A DNA stretch of 64,000 nucleotides, from the NCBI RefSeq assembly GCF_964204645.1, contig NC_134027.1, forward strand, positions 7,348,485 to 7,412,484, given 5' to 3'. Below the pieces are notes generated by a model. It was not told where the DNA came from. It was given only the letters and a program-made list of their open reading frames with translations, and ran no database searches. The position numbers and the translations under genes are program-made. The DNA is from Tubulanus polymorphus (taxonomy: Eukaryota > Animalia > Nemertea). Below, piece after piece: positions 28,889 through 40,879 of the stretch (position 1 is its first letter; each line of letters opens with the position of its first letter).

Positions 28889-29924
28889 ATGATGATGCTG
28901 CAAATGTGCCAATTTATATTGGTATTCAGGTTATTTGTAGTAAGTGAACAATTAAGTGGAAATTTTGTGAGAAGAGTGATAAATGCAAATCCGGTACCGT
29001 TCAAGACGATCGAAAATCAACGCTCTAAAATACGTTGTGCTTCTTATTGTTCAAACGAAAGACATATTTGTCGGTCGTTTTCACTATCTAATCAAACCTC
29101 GTCGGGTTTACTTCAATGCCAGCTCTATGATCATGTACCATCAGATTTGGGCGAACAACCAGTAGAGTTATTTATTCACAGTAGTTTAAACAGTAAGTTG
29201 GTTTTTTCAAAGAAGATTGATTGTAGATTTTCCGGTGAATTTACAGATATTGTCTATCAAGTCACATTCTTTGTTATTTGCTCTGAATTTCTTCAAACAT
29301 TTTCCAGGCTGTTCCCATTTGCGCGTCGGTTGGAATGGATCAGAAATAAGTAATACGAAGTATCTTAAGCACGATTCTACCTTGCTTGTATTCACAAAGA
29401 AAGCATTTGTATGTTATGGTAAAGTTAAAAGATGGAAATATGACAGAGATAGTACGAATGCCGAAGACGCTCATGTCTCCATATGGCGACCGACAAATGA
29501 TAGCCTGAAATACAAGATTATTGGTTACAACATACTTTCGTCTGGTGAAGCTGGGACATGGGTAGAACAAGTTCCCGAAGCTGATCAGATAGCAGTAGAA
29601 CCAGGCGACGTCATTGGTGTTCATGCAACTGATAATCAGAGTAAAGCATTTCTACTTTACAGGCAATGGAAACCGTTAGTAATACCTATTTTGAGCAAAT
29701 ATTTTTTTATTTTGGATTCTAGGAATGAATCCAGTAGCATCGAACGCATGATTGCCGCATTGTCTTGTTGTAGGTCATATGGTGGCTCCCCATCCCCAGA
29801 GATGTCACCGATTTTGCAGTCTGTTGGAGTCGTATTTGAGAGTGATTTGGTTCTTGGAACAAGTGTAACGTTTAGAAATTCGGGGCACTGGCGTGAATAT
29901 TTATTGATGGCAATGTTGAACTAG
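28889..29924 (+). CDS. Secreted PAN/apple-domain protein, copy 1 (intron 29193-29307)
   Basis: Signal-peptide-like start MMMLQMCQFILVFRLFVVS; CASYC...CRSFS...CQLYD pattern; splice joins in frame to the 29217-29924 ORF (WRP...YKIIG...VEPGDVIG). Confidence 0.7.
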
Positions 29925-29969
29925 AATACAGAAGTAAGAAAAGTACACGTGGTACACGAACTTTTGAAA

Positions 29970-30126
29970 AATAATAATAATAATTTATTTTCGTAAACCG
30001 GTTACGAGGTATCCAGTGCAAGCCAACAGGCTGTACATAAAATTAAGGCGCTGGAACCTTGTGCAGAGTGCAGGGGAATGTGCAGTGATACTTATAAATA
30101 ATGCTATTAATAATCCTAATGCTAAC

Positions 30127-30160
<34 letters not shown>

Positions 30161-30194
30161 CTAACAATAATAATACATGTAATGCTAATCAATG

Positions 30195-30227
<33 letters not shown>

Positions 30228-30357
30228 CAAATTCTAATAATAATGACAACAATAACTTATACAAATACAAATACAATGATAATCATAATTACGGCAATAT
30301 ACTATAACCATTAATATTTCAGTAATTTAGGTAAAGATACTCATAATGATAATAATA

Positions 30358-30394
<37 letters not shown>

Positions 30395-32091
30395 TAATAA
30401 TAATAATAATAATAATAATAATAGTAATAATAATAATAATAATGATTGATTAATAATAATAATAATAATAATCATAATAATAATGATTGATTACAAATAT
30501 GGAGAAAGCAAATGCCACAGATAATAATGATTACAAAGATAGATAGTCTAGTATAGCAGTCTAGTCAAGTTTAGTTAAGACTAAACACATACCAAGTTTT
30601 TCCTCAACGGGAGATGAATAATTACGCGTATTTCAGTAATATTTGTTTTTTAAATTGGAATGATAGTGAATTTATGCTGGTGGATGAACGGATAACATTC
30701 GGAGTATTTCGCCAAATATTAGGCATCTGAGCTAAGAAGGATTTACTGTATAATTTGGATTTATGGAAAGCAGCTCTCGCATAGTTAAACTGTCTGGTAT
30801 TGTGGGAGTGGAAGTTGAAATTATGATGAAATAAATTTAGCAGTGGAGTTGGGAGGGAGTTATGAGTGTATTGAAATCCTAATTTGATAATTTCCAGTTG
30901 AATCAGATCATGGAATTTAAGTATTTTATATTTTTTGAAAATAGGACCTGTTGGGGCGTTGTAAGCTGAGTTTTCGATGAGTCTTAGTGCTTTTTTCTGA
31001 ATAGTAAAGAGACTTTTGGATTGACTAGATGATAACAATGGCCCCCACGCAATAAGTGCATACGTTAGGTGACTTTGGATATAGCTTATATATAACAGTT
31101 TTTTAGTCCAGCAGGGAATGAGATTTCTTAAGCTTCTTAAAAGATATAAATTTTTGTTTAATTTGTTAATTAATTGTTTTACATGAGGTTCCCAATTTAG
31201 ACGATCATCAATTAGCAAACCAAGAAATTTAGTAGAGTTTACTATTTCAAGAGAGTGTTTTCCAAATACTATTTTGTATAATGATTTGTCAATGGTTTTA
31301 TCTTTTGAAAAAAGTAAGTACTTTGTCTTATCTATGTTAAGAGTGAGTTTATTTGAGTTAAACCAGTCAATGATAATATTGAGATCAATTTTAGCATTAT
31401 GCAATAGTAAATTCATATGTTTGTTGGAAATAAGTAAGTTAGTATCATCTGCAAAGGAAACAGCTTTAGTGTAGCAGAGGTTGTGATTAAGATCATTGAC
31501 ATAAATAAGAAAAAGTAAGGGCCCAAGGACCGATCCCTGTGGGACACCAAATGAAACGGTATTATAGGAAGAGTAGGAATTATTGAATTTAACAAATATT
31601 TTACGATTGCATAAATATGATTTGAACCAATTATAGGCATGACCTCGAATACCATAGTGGGATAATTTAAATAATAATTTGTTGATATCGAGGGAGTCAA
31701 AAGCCTTAGATAAGTCCAGAAAGAGGCCAAGGGAGTGATCCCCCTTTTCAAGATTTTGTAGTATAGAGCCTGTAAATTCTGTGATTGCGTGAGTAGTAGA
31801 GTGTTTTGGTCTAAATCCATATTGGCTGTTATTCAGTATGTTATGTTTGCATAGAAATTTATAAAGTCTATTGTGAACAAATTTTTCTAGTATTTTCGAC
31901 ATGACCGGAAGTAAAGATATTGGTCGGTAGTTATTAAGGAGCTGTTTGTTTCCATTTTTATATAGAGGAATTACCTGAGAAATTTTCATACTATCTGGAA
32001 ATATACCATCCTGAAGGGATTTATTGCAGAGAATTGTCAGAGGATCGATAATATTGGATATAATTAGTTTAAGCATTCTATTATTCAGTAA
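29970..32091 (-). mobile_element. 5'-truncated duplicate of the LINE: RT ORF 30622-32076 (484 aa) plus 3' UTR and tail
   Basis: Translation identical to the C-terminal part of 34811-37558; NYRPISLLP, QYGFR, FLDLSKAFD, GVPQGSVLGPLLF, FADDT. Confidence 0.95.
30125..30490. repeat. Compound (AAT)n microsatellite in the LINE 3' UTR, copy 1
   Basis: Visible AAT arrays. Confidence 0.95.
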
Positions 32092-32100
32092 TACTCAGTA

Positions 32101-32403
32101 CTGAAATGTAAAAATAGGTTATAAACTCAAATAGAACAGATCGATCGTGTGAACTGAAACAGTACAGTACCCGTCAGTAGTAGTACACAGTAGAAAACAT
32201 CATCAATTTCTTGCAAATCAAAAAGATCAATTATGTACCTTTTTCAAGTAGTCATCCAGCACCATTTTCAATGCCCTTATTTTCACTGTTTTTCTGTCTT
32301 TGCCCCCATACTCTAAAACTTTTCCTATCAAAAGTTTTGTTTGCGCTTTCGGTAAATCGACACATTTCACAGCGCTCCAAACAATTTTCTTTCGGGCCGA
32401 CAT
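32101..32403 (-). pseudogene. MRPS17: Partial MRPS17 duplicate (promoter, exon 1 32239-32403, intron 32101-32238) spliced onto LINE sequence
   Basis: Copy of 27909-28211; only 4 nt of exon 2 are retained before the duplication junction. Confidence 0.9.
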
Positions 32404-33080
32404 CTTTTTAGATAACACGATGAACCGTCAGGTGCTGCCGCTATGTTTGTCGTTGACGACGAATACTAACCATTACTTGCATCCCACAGTAAGAATAGTA
32501 AGCATATCATGGGGCAGCACGCGACGGTAGAAAATCTGACACTCGCGGTGTGCTGGATCCCGCAGTTTTCACGAATAAGTTCACCTCAAATTGTTGGTGT
32601 AATTTCCATTGATTACTTCATGTTTTCAATGAGGATAACAATTCAAACCTAACTGATTTAAGCTTAAACTTTTTCATGAAACCGGACCATGGACCTGAGC
32701 GAAAAAGATTTTGCAATGAACCTTAGTGATGAACCAGTGCACTGTTACCATAAAATGGCCATAGAAATCATCTGCTAGAAATCCCTGACTAAGATAGAAT
32801 AGTTTTGACTGAGAGTTGATTTTGCAAGCCTTGCCCCAGACAAACGGTTCGGCTATCGCGTAAGACCAATTGAATTATATAATGATATAAATATATAATG
32901 ACCGTTATATGTACCCGAAGCCATTAATGTTCGATAGAATATTGGAATTTGGACTTAACTTTCGTCAAATGAAACGATAGTACATCATGGATCTTCCATA
33001 TATCAATTATTTCCTGTGGTATAACATTGATTGGGAACTTTACGGTATTATAGATGATAGACGGCAGTTCATCATCTGAG

Positions 33081-34116
33081 ATGATGATGCTGCAAATGTG
33101 CCAATTTATATTGGTATTCAGGTTATTTGTAGTAAGTGAACAATTAAGTGGAAATTTTGTGAGAAGAGTGATAAATGCAAATCCGGTACCGTTCAAGACG
33201 ATCGAAAATCAACGCTCTAAAATACGTTGTGCTTCTTATTGTTCAAACGAAAGACATATTTGTCGGTCGTTTTCACTATCTAATCAAACCTCGTCGGGTT
33301 TACTTCAATGCCAGCTCTATGATCATGTACCATCAGATTTGGGCGAACAACCAGTAGAGTTATTTATTCACAGTAGTTTAAACAGTAAGTTGGTTTTTTC
33401 AAAGAAGATTGATTGTAGATTTTCCGGTGAATTTACAGATATTGTCTATCAAGTCACATTCTTTGTTATTTGCTCTGAATTTCTTCAAACATTTTCCAGG
33501 CTGTTCCCATTTGCGCGTCGGTTGGAATGGATCAGAAATAAGTAATACGAAGTATCTTAAGCACGATTCTACCTTGCTTGTATTCACAAAGAAAGCATTT
33601 GTATGTTATGGTAAAGTTAAAAGATGGAAATATGACAGAGATAGTACGAATGCCGAAGACGCTCATGTCTCCATATGGCGACCGACAAATGATAGCCTGA
33701 AATACAAGATTATTGGTTACAACATACTTTCGTCTGGTGAAGCTGGGACATGGGTAGAACAAGTTCCCGAAGCTGATCAGATAGCAGTAGAACCAGGCGA
33801 CGTCATTGGTGTTCATGCAACTGATAATCAGAGTAAAGCATTTCTACTTTACAGGCAATGGAAACCGTTAGTAATACCTATTTTGAGCAAATATTTTTTT
33901 ATTTTGGATTCTAGGAATGAATCCAGTAGCATCGAACGCATGATTGCCGCATTGTCTTGTTGTAGGTCATATGGTGGCTCCCCATCCCCAGAGATGTCAC
34001 CGATTTTGCAGTCTGTTGGAGTCGTATTTGAGAGTGATTTGGTTCTTGGAACAAGTGTAACGTTTAGAAATTCGGGGCACTGGCGTGAATATTTATTGAT
34101 GGCAATGTTGAACTAG
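33081..34116 (+). CDS. Secreted PAN/apple-domain protein, copy 2
   Basis: ORF translations identical to copy 1 at offset 4192. Confidence 0.7.
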
Positions 34117-34161
34117 AATACAGAAGTAAGAAAAGTACACGTGGTACACGAACTTTTGAAA

Positions 34162-34318
34162 AATAATAATAATAATTTATTTTCGTAAACCGGTTACGAG
34201 GTATCCAGTGCAAGCCAACAGGCTGTACATAAAATTAAGGCGCTGGAACCTTGTGCAGAGTGCAGGGGAATGTGCAGTGATACTTATAAATAATGCTATT
34301 AATAATCCTAATGCTAAC

Positions 34319-34352
<34 letters not shown>

Positions 34353-34386
34353 CTAACAATAATAATACATGTAATGCTAATCAATG

Positions 34387-34419
<33 letters not shown>

Positions 34420-34549
34420 CAAATTCTAATAATAATGACAACAATAACTTATACAAATACAAATACAATGATAATCATAATTACGGCAATATACTATAAC
34501 CATTAATATTTCAGTAATTTAGGTAAAGATACTCATAATGATAATAATA

Positions 34550-34580
<31 letters not shown>

Positions 34581-37500
34581 TGATAATAATAATAATAATA
34601 ATAATAATAATAGTAATAATAATAATAATAATGATTGATTAATAATAATAATAATAATAATCATAATAATAATGATTGATTACAAATATGGAGAAAGCAA
34701 ATGCCACAGATAATAATGATTACAAAGATAGATAGTCTAGTATAGCAGTCTAGTCAAGTTTAGTTAAGACTAAACACATACCAAGTTTTTCCTCAACGGG
34801 AGATGAATAATTACGCGTATTTCAGTAATATTTGTTTTTTAAATTGGAATGATAGTGAATTTATGCTGGTGGATGAACGGATAACATTCGGAGTATTTCG
34901 CCAAATATTAGGCATCTGAGCTAAGAAGGATTTACTGTATAATTTGGATTTATGGAAAGCAGCTCTCGCATAGTTAAACTGTCTGGTATTGTGGGAGTGG
35001 AAGTTGAAATTATGATGAAATAAATTTAGCAGTGGAGTTGGGAGGGAGTTATGAGTGTATTGAAATCCTAATTTGATAATTTCCAGTTGAATCAGATCAT
35101 GGAATTTAAGTATTTTATATTTTTTGAAAATAGGACCTGTTGGGGCGTTGTAAGCTGAGTTTTCGATGAGTCTTAGTGCTTTTTTCTGAATAGTAAAGAG
35201 ACTTTTGGATTGACTAGATGATAACAATGGCCCCCACGCAATAAGTGCATACGTTAGGTGACTTTGGATATAGCTTATATATAACAGTTTTTTAGTCCAG
35301 CAGGGAATGAGATTTCTTAAGCTTCTTAAAAGATATAAATTTTTGTTTAATTTGTTAATTAATTGTTTTACATGAGGTTCCCAATTTAGACGATCATCAA
35401 TTAGCAAACCAAGAAATTTAGTAGAGTTTACTATTTCAAGAGAGTGTTTTCCAAATACTATTTTGTATAATGATTTGTCAATGGTTTTATCTTTTGAAAA
35501 AAGTAAGTACTTTGTCTTATCTATGTTAAGAGTGAGTTTATTTGAGTTAAACCAGTCAATGATAATATTGAGATCAATTTTAGCATTATGCAATAGTAAA
35601 TTCATATGTTTGTTGGAAATAAGTAAGTTAGTATCATCTGCAAAGGAAACAGCTTTAGTGTAGCAGAGGTTGTGATTAAGATCATTGACATAAATAAGAA
35701 AAAGTAAGGGCCCAAGGACCGATCCCTGTGGGACACCAAATGAAACGGTATTATAGGAAGAGTAGGAATTATTGAATTTAACAAATATTTTACGATTGCA
35801 TAAATATGATTTGAACCAATTATAGGCATGACCTCGAATACCATAGTGGGATAATTTAAATAATAATTTGTTGATATCGAGGGAGTCAAAAGCCTTAGAT
35901 AAGTCCAGAAAGAGGCCAAGGGAGTGATCCCCCTTTTCAAGATTTTGTAGTATAGAGCCTGTAAATTCTGTGATTGCGTGAGTAGTAGAGTGTTTTGGTC
36001 TAAATCCATATTGGCTGTTATTCAGTATGTTATGTTTGCATAGAAATTTATAAAGTCTATTGTGAACAAATTTTTCTAGTATTTTCGACATGACCGGAAG
36101 TAAAGATATTGGTCGGTAGTTATTAAGGAGCTGTTTGTTTCCATTTTTATATAGAGGAATTACCTGAGAAATTTTCATACTATCTGGAAATATACCATCC
36201 TGAAGGGATTTATTGCAGAGAATTGTCAGAGGATCGATAATATTGGATATAATTAGTTTAAGCATTCTATTATTCAGTAAGTCATTACCACCAGTGGTCT
36301 TTTTTGGGGCTAGGTTGTTGATAATCCTCAAGATTTCCTCCTTGTTGGTTGGATTTAAAAAGATTGAGTGGGCATTCCTTGCCCCCATGTAAGTTGTAAA
36401 ATTGTTTTTAGAACTTGGACATTTGTTTGCATAAGAGCTACCAATCGAAGAAAAGAAGTTACAAAATTGTTGGCTTATTGATTTAGGTTCCTCAACAAGT
36501 TTATTATCGATGATGAATTTATTAGGGATCCCCGATCTGTCATTTAATTTACCTGTGGATTGCTTCAAAAATTGCCATAATTTGCGACTATTATTGGAAA
36601 ATAATACAATTTTGTTTGCATAGTACGATTTCTTTTGACGCCTTTTAATGTAATTTAAATTATTTCTGTAAAGAATATAGTTTTTATAACGTTGGTCAGA
36701 TTTGTCCAGATTCAATACTTTTTTATAAAGATGATCGCATTTCTTAGAGCATTTTAAAATTGATTTAGACATCCATGGTTCGTAAATATGAACTTTCTTC
36801 TTAACTTCTATTAGTGGGGATACGTTATTTATGATTAAATTTATATGCGACATAATGAAATCGTAACAACCATTACAATCGAGCAGGTTGACAGGAGTCC
36901 AGTCTAGTTGTGAAAGCATACGATTTATCCTATCGATATTCTGGGTATTAAAATTCCGAGTATAATGTTTACTGGTTGTTGAAGGTTTTCGTTTATAACG
37001 CACGGTCACGAGGCATGGTAAATGATCAGACAGGTGTGAAATCAGGATAGCACTTTGATGATCAGAACTCAGCGCCGGAGAGAGATATATATTGTCAATT
37101 AACGTGGCTGTCGCGTGTGTTATTCTAGTTGGCCGTAAAATAGTTGGAAAAAGATTATTTGATAAATTGATATCCAAAAATTTGGAAGTGTTTTTATGAT
37201 GATTAATGTTAATATAATCTAGATTTTGGTCCATTCCTAATATCATTTCGCACTTTTCATTCTTAATTTTGCGTATTAAATTTTCGTATTCGGAAAGAAA
37301 TTCAATTTCACTAGTTCCTGGGACACGGTAGAGTTCGCCAATGATTGTCCTTTTACTAGATTGAAAAGCCATATCAATTTCAATAAAACAAGATTCAAAT
37401 TTACCTTCAATGAACACTTCTAGATCCGGTCTCTTATTATAGGTTAAGTTATTACTTATATAAATTGCTACTCCTCCACGCTGTTTCAAAACTCTGTGAT

Positions 37501-38700
37501 TCTCTATTAATTGATAACCAGGAATTTTGCATAACATTGAATTGTAGTCAGTCAACATAGCATAATGATGTCAATGGTAACATTTTGGGATTTAAGTTTT
37601 TCAATCAATATTTTGAGTTGGTCAAATTTGTTGTTAAGACTATGTATGTTAAGTTGAATTATATTAAGGTTATTCGTATTCATACTGAAATGGTTTTTTA
37701 ACTCGTGCAATTCGAGGTACGGGCATTGATTACTGAACATTTCCAATTCACTATCATTATCTAATAAATTGTTGAGATGAAAATTTTCATTTTCCTTTAA
37801 TCTGTCTAAATACGTGAAAAAGTTTGTGTTACCGAGACACATGTTTAATTAATTTATACCACGGTCAAAAAAGGATTATGAATCAGGGAAAAGAATAAAG
37901 AATAATTATAAAATAAATAAATAAATATAAATATAAATACAATTCCAGAACTCGGATGTATGAGTATAGGTCAGAAATGCATGACTGCTTTATGGACATG
38001 GTTTACAAGGTACACAATATATTGATCTACGACTGAATGGCCTACTCAGTGGTTTATATAGATACACGCTTTTCGGAATAGTTCATCGTAAAGATCATAA
38101 AGACACTACAGTTTACTCGCTCGTTGATTGTATTGTTTTCTCGAAGTCCGCATAACCACATAAATGAATTTTGATGTCATCGATGATGGCCCATACCTTC
38201 CCATCGAGTGACCACACTGCCGATACTTTTTCGTGTTTGTAGAGAAATTTAACAAAGTCAGCTCTCGGTTTGGTCAGGTCTTCGGATATAGAAATTTTCG
38301 TACTTTTTAGTTTGCGTCGATTTTTTAGAATGTTCACTTTATCTAAGTGTCGAACGAATTTGACAATCATCGGTCTCGGCTTCCGGGGGTCTCTGGATTT
38401 TCTTCCGACGCGATGAATCCGATCTATTTGAAGAGGTTCGACTATTATATCTAGTTTTGTTTTGAATAGATTAATGCATTTCGATAGGCAATCCTCATTG
38501 TCTTCTTCTGTCAAATTGAAGATTCTTACCGAGTTGCGCCGAGTATACATCTCGAGTTCCTCTGTTGCTGAGTTTGATTCGATGATGCAGTTATCGTATT
38601 CGGACACAGTTTTTAATAGCATAATGTTTTGGAAAATGCAGTTTTTCCTATATACTGCGCGATTTACAAAAAGCTGTGTCTTAAAGAAAACACTAAAGCT
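34162..38700 (-). mobile_element. Near full-length non-LTR retrotransposon of the CR1/L2 group (ORF1 38113-38622; ORF2 34811-37842, frameshifted at ~37555); 5' end approximate
   Basis: ORF1 has an L1/CR1-type RRM (RRNSVRIFNL, IDRIHRVG, PRPMIVKF, ISEDLT). ORF2 has APE (QLNIHSL, GGVAIY, TLIDNIY, SDHLP) and RT (FADDT). The 3' end is AATAAA followed by (TTA)n. Confidence 0.95.
34317..34680. repeat. Compound (AAT)n microsatellite in the LINE 3' UTR, copy 2
   Basis: Visible AAT arrays; one unit shorter than copy 1. Confidence 0.95.
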
Positions 38701-39205
38701 GCGTTCACACTATACGATGATAAATACTTTCACACCAGTTTGCTTTCTTGAGTTTGCTTTCAGTTTGCTGAATGAAGAAAAATATGGCGACAAATATTAT
38801 TCAAACATGTCAAATGGTCGACCGATCTGAAATTCCCCTTCATAGTTATCTTGAAGGAAACTTTTCCAACCTGAGATTTCTTCATTCCTATAGAACCTAT
38901 TCCTATGTAATATCAATATATATGATGATTGCAGAGAAATTACTTGTTGTTGCATTTGAATTGGTTTTGGCAGATAGAAGAGGTTAAATGACGACCCACG
39001 TTATTGTTACGAAACCTATCGATTGCTTATCAGTAGCTTAAAAACTTGGCATCGTCGTGCTGGCTCGTTGATCAGAGAATCCAAACGAAGCAGATTAAGA
39101 TCATAGAGAATAGAAGAAAACCGTGAAAAATTATAAAAAGTACATGAAGTTTGTCATATTGCTTGTTACTTGTACTTGAATCGTTTTACTGGTGTAGTTT
39201 ATTGT

Positions 39206-40110
39206 CTACAAGTGAATAAACCTTGAGCTGTCACTCTGAAATTTTCGTTGACTAACGTAATATAATAGAAAGTTGATACACGAGTTGAGAACTGATGTAA
39301 TGTTGTACGCTGTATTGGATGCCTCTACTCGTTTTCCAATTATATATTCGCTCATTTTTGAAACAGAACCCGGGATTTCAAATATCAAAAATATACGATG
39401 CTCATTGTGGGTTACCATTTTCGTTGCTTTCGATTCGGTAAGTTTTGAGACTTGCTGATTTGTCATGTATTTACGTTTCTGCAATTTCACGTACAAACAA
39501 CCAACAGAAGAATATTTGCTAGGAAAACCAGAAACGTGGGTATGATGATTCCTCGTAGTAACGGGTCGAACATAAAGTTAAACATTCGAAATATCTTTCG
39601 ATGAGAGCTTGATCTGAAGATAGTTTCTTCTTGAACGCATAAATACCCCTGAAAAGTGTAAATGGTAAGTGTCGCGGAGTAATACAAAAAAACTTTAGAA
39701 AAATAAAGCGAGGAAAAATATCACAATTTTAAGGCGCACTTTCGTCATCATTATTGCAGCCTTTAACGGTACTATGATGGTAACGAGTCGGTTTACTGTC
39801 AAGACGGTTAACCAGTTTCTTAACAACAAAAAAGCTTTGTAAAAAATAACCGAGCCGATGTACACTTTTGGGTCAACATTCTAGGGTCCATATCTGTCCA
39901 CAGCAGCGCTGCCAATTCGAGCTGACAGTAGAAAATACCTAAGTGGTTCCAAAATGAACTGTATTACCAAGAATAAGTTATCGATAGCGGCCAACAGAGT
40001 GTCAGTAGAAACGCGGAACGATGGTCGTATTTCAAACGCACAAACACGATGATTACTAATGAATTAAACGTGATTCCAAATAAAATAAACGGAGGTAAAC
40101 ATGTAAGCAT
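39206..40110 (-). pseudogene. Frameshifted intronless class A peptide-GPCR pseudogene
   Basis: Fragments in different frames: ILFGITFNSLVIIVF (TM1), AAIDNLFL (TM2), NWLTV..VNRLVTIIVPL (TM3), IIPTFLVFLANILL (TM5), KATKMV..IFEIP (TM6), LNSCINFLLYY (TM7). Confidence 0.8.
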
Positions 40111-40879
40111 TCATTTCCCAGCGTCCTTGTCCGAAAAGTGTATCGTTGACAGGTTCTTTATTCATAGCCGCCTGATCTACTCGCGCAAGTCACTATGTCA
40201 TCAAGACGTCGAACAATTAAGGATACTTACTAACTAATGAGCACCAAAGTTATGTGGCTCGTGTGAATCAGGTCTTTAACCGTAGAATAGCCGGACACAT
40301 ATATGTAAGGCGATAGAAATGATTCTCTAAAATGTGAATTTCGAAGATCCAAATCGATCGAAGTGAAAAAGGTTGATTTGCGATGATCTCCTGTCGATTC
40401 AAAATTGCATTAACAACAAAACCCAACAAATTCATAAATGAATGAAAGTCACTGTATGTTTCAGCAATATCAGGTAGCTAATACCGATATCACATTTCCG
40501 TGAATTCGGATGAAATGAGATACGGCTTTATACACCGCCTAACCAATTAACGATATAAAGATATGGTTCGCTTTAAATCATGTCTGTATGAATGTATACG
40601 AGATACGATAGGAACGATGTAACTCAAAAGCAGACATCAGGGGTACAATTAAAATTCTTCTAGAATATGAGAAAAAAGGAAGTCGGTGTTAGGCTTAATT
40701 ATTATGTTCATTGAGATATTCCAAAATGAGTGCCCGCACATTGTCGAGTAGTTAATCAATGATAATAGTAGTGAGTTTTATTTACAAAAAGAATTTACAA
40801 ACATACTTAAAACATCGTTCGTTCATCAATATCGAAGTTTATAGAATTAAACGTTTCTCAGCATGCATACATACGTATT

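Larger units (their letters stand above)
27905..36280. repeat. Tandem segmental duplication, two ~4.19-kb units (27905-32091 and 32097-36280) with a 5-nt filler
   Basis: Identical ORFs at offset 4192, changing to 4189 after a one-unit difference in an (AAT)n tract; filler tactc at 32092-32096. Confidence 0.97.

Noticed and set aside
29985-30307. Poly-Leu/Ile/Asn ORFs (also 34177-34499)
   Set aside because: Translations of the (AAT)n microsatellite.
32095-32097. Junction TGA as selenocysteine or a programmed readthrough codon
   Set aside because: No SECIS recognised in the LINE 3' UTR, and the context is TGA-GTA rather than the leaky TGA-CTA; kept only as a testable possibility.
30622-37558. 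RT as a retron, DGR, group II intron or telomerase system
   Set aside because: APE domain, RRM-type ORF1, AATAAA and a simple-repeat tail identify an ordinary CR1/L2-group LINE.
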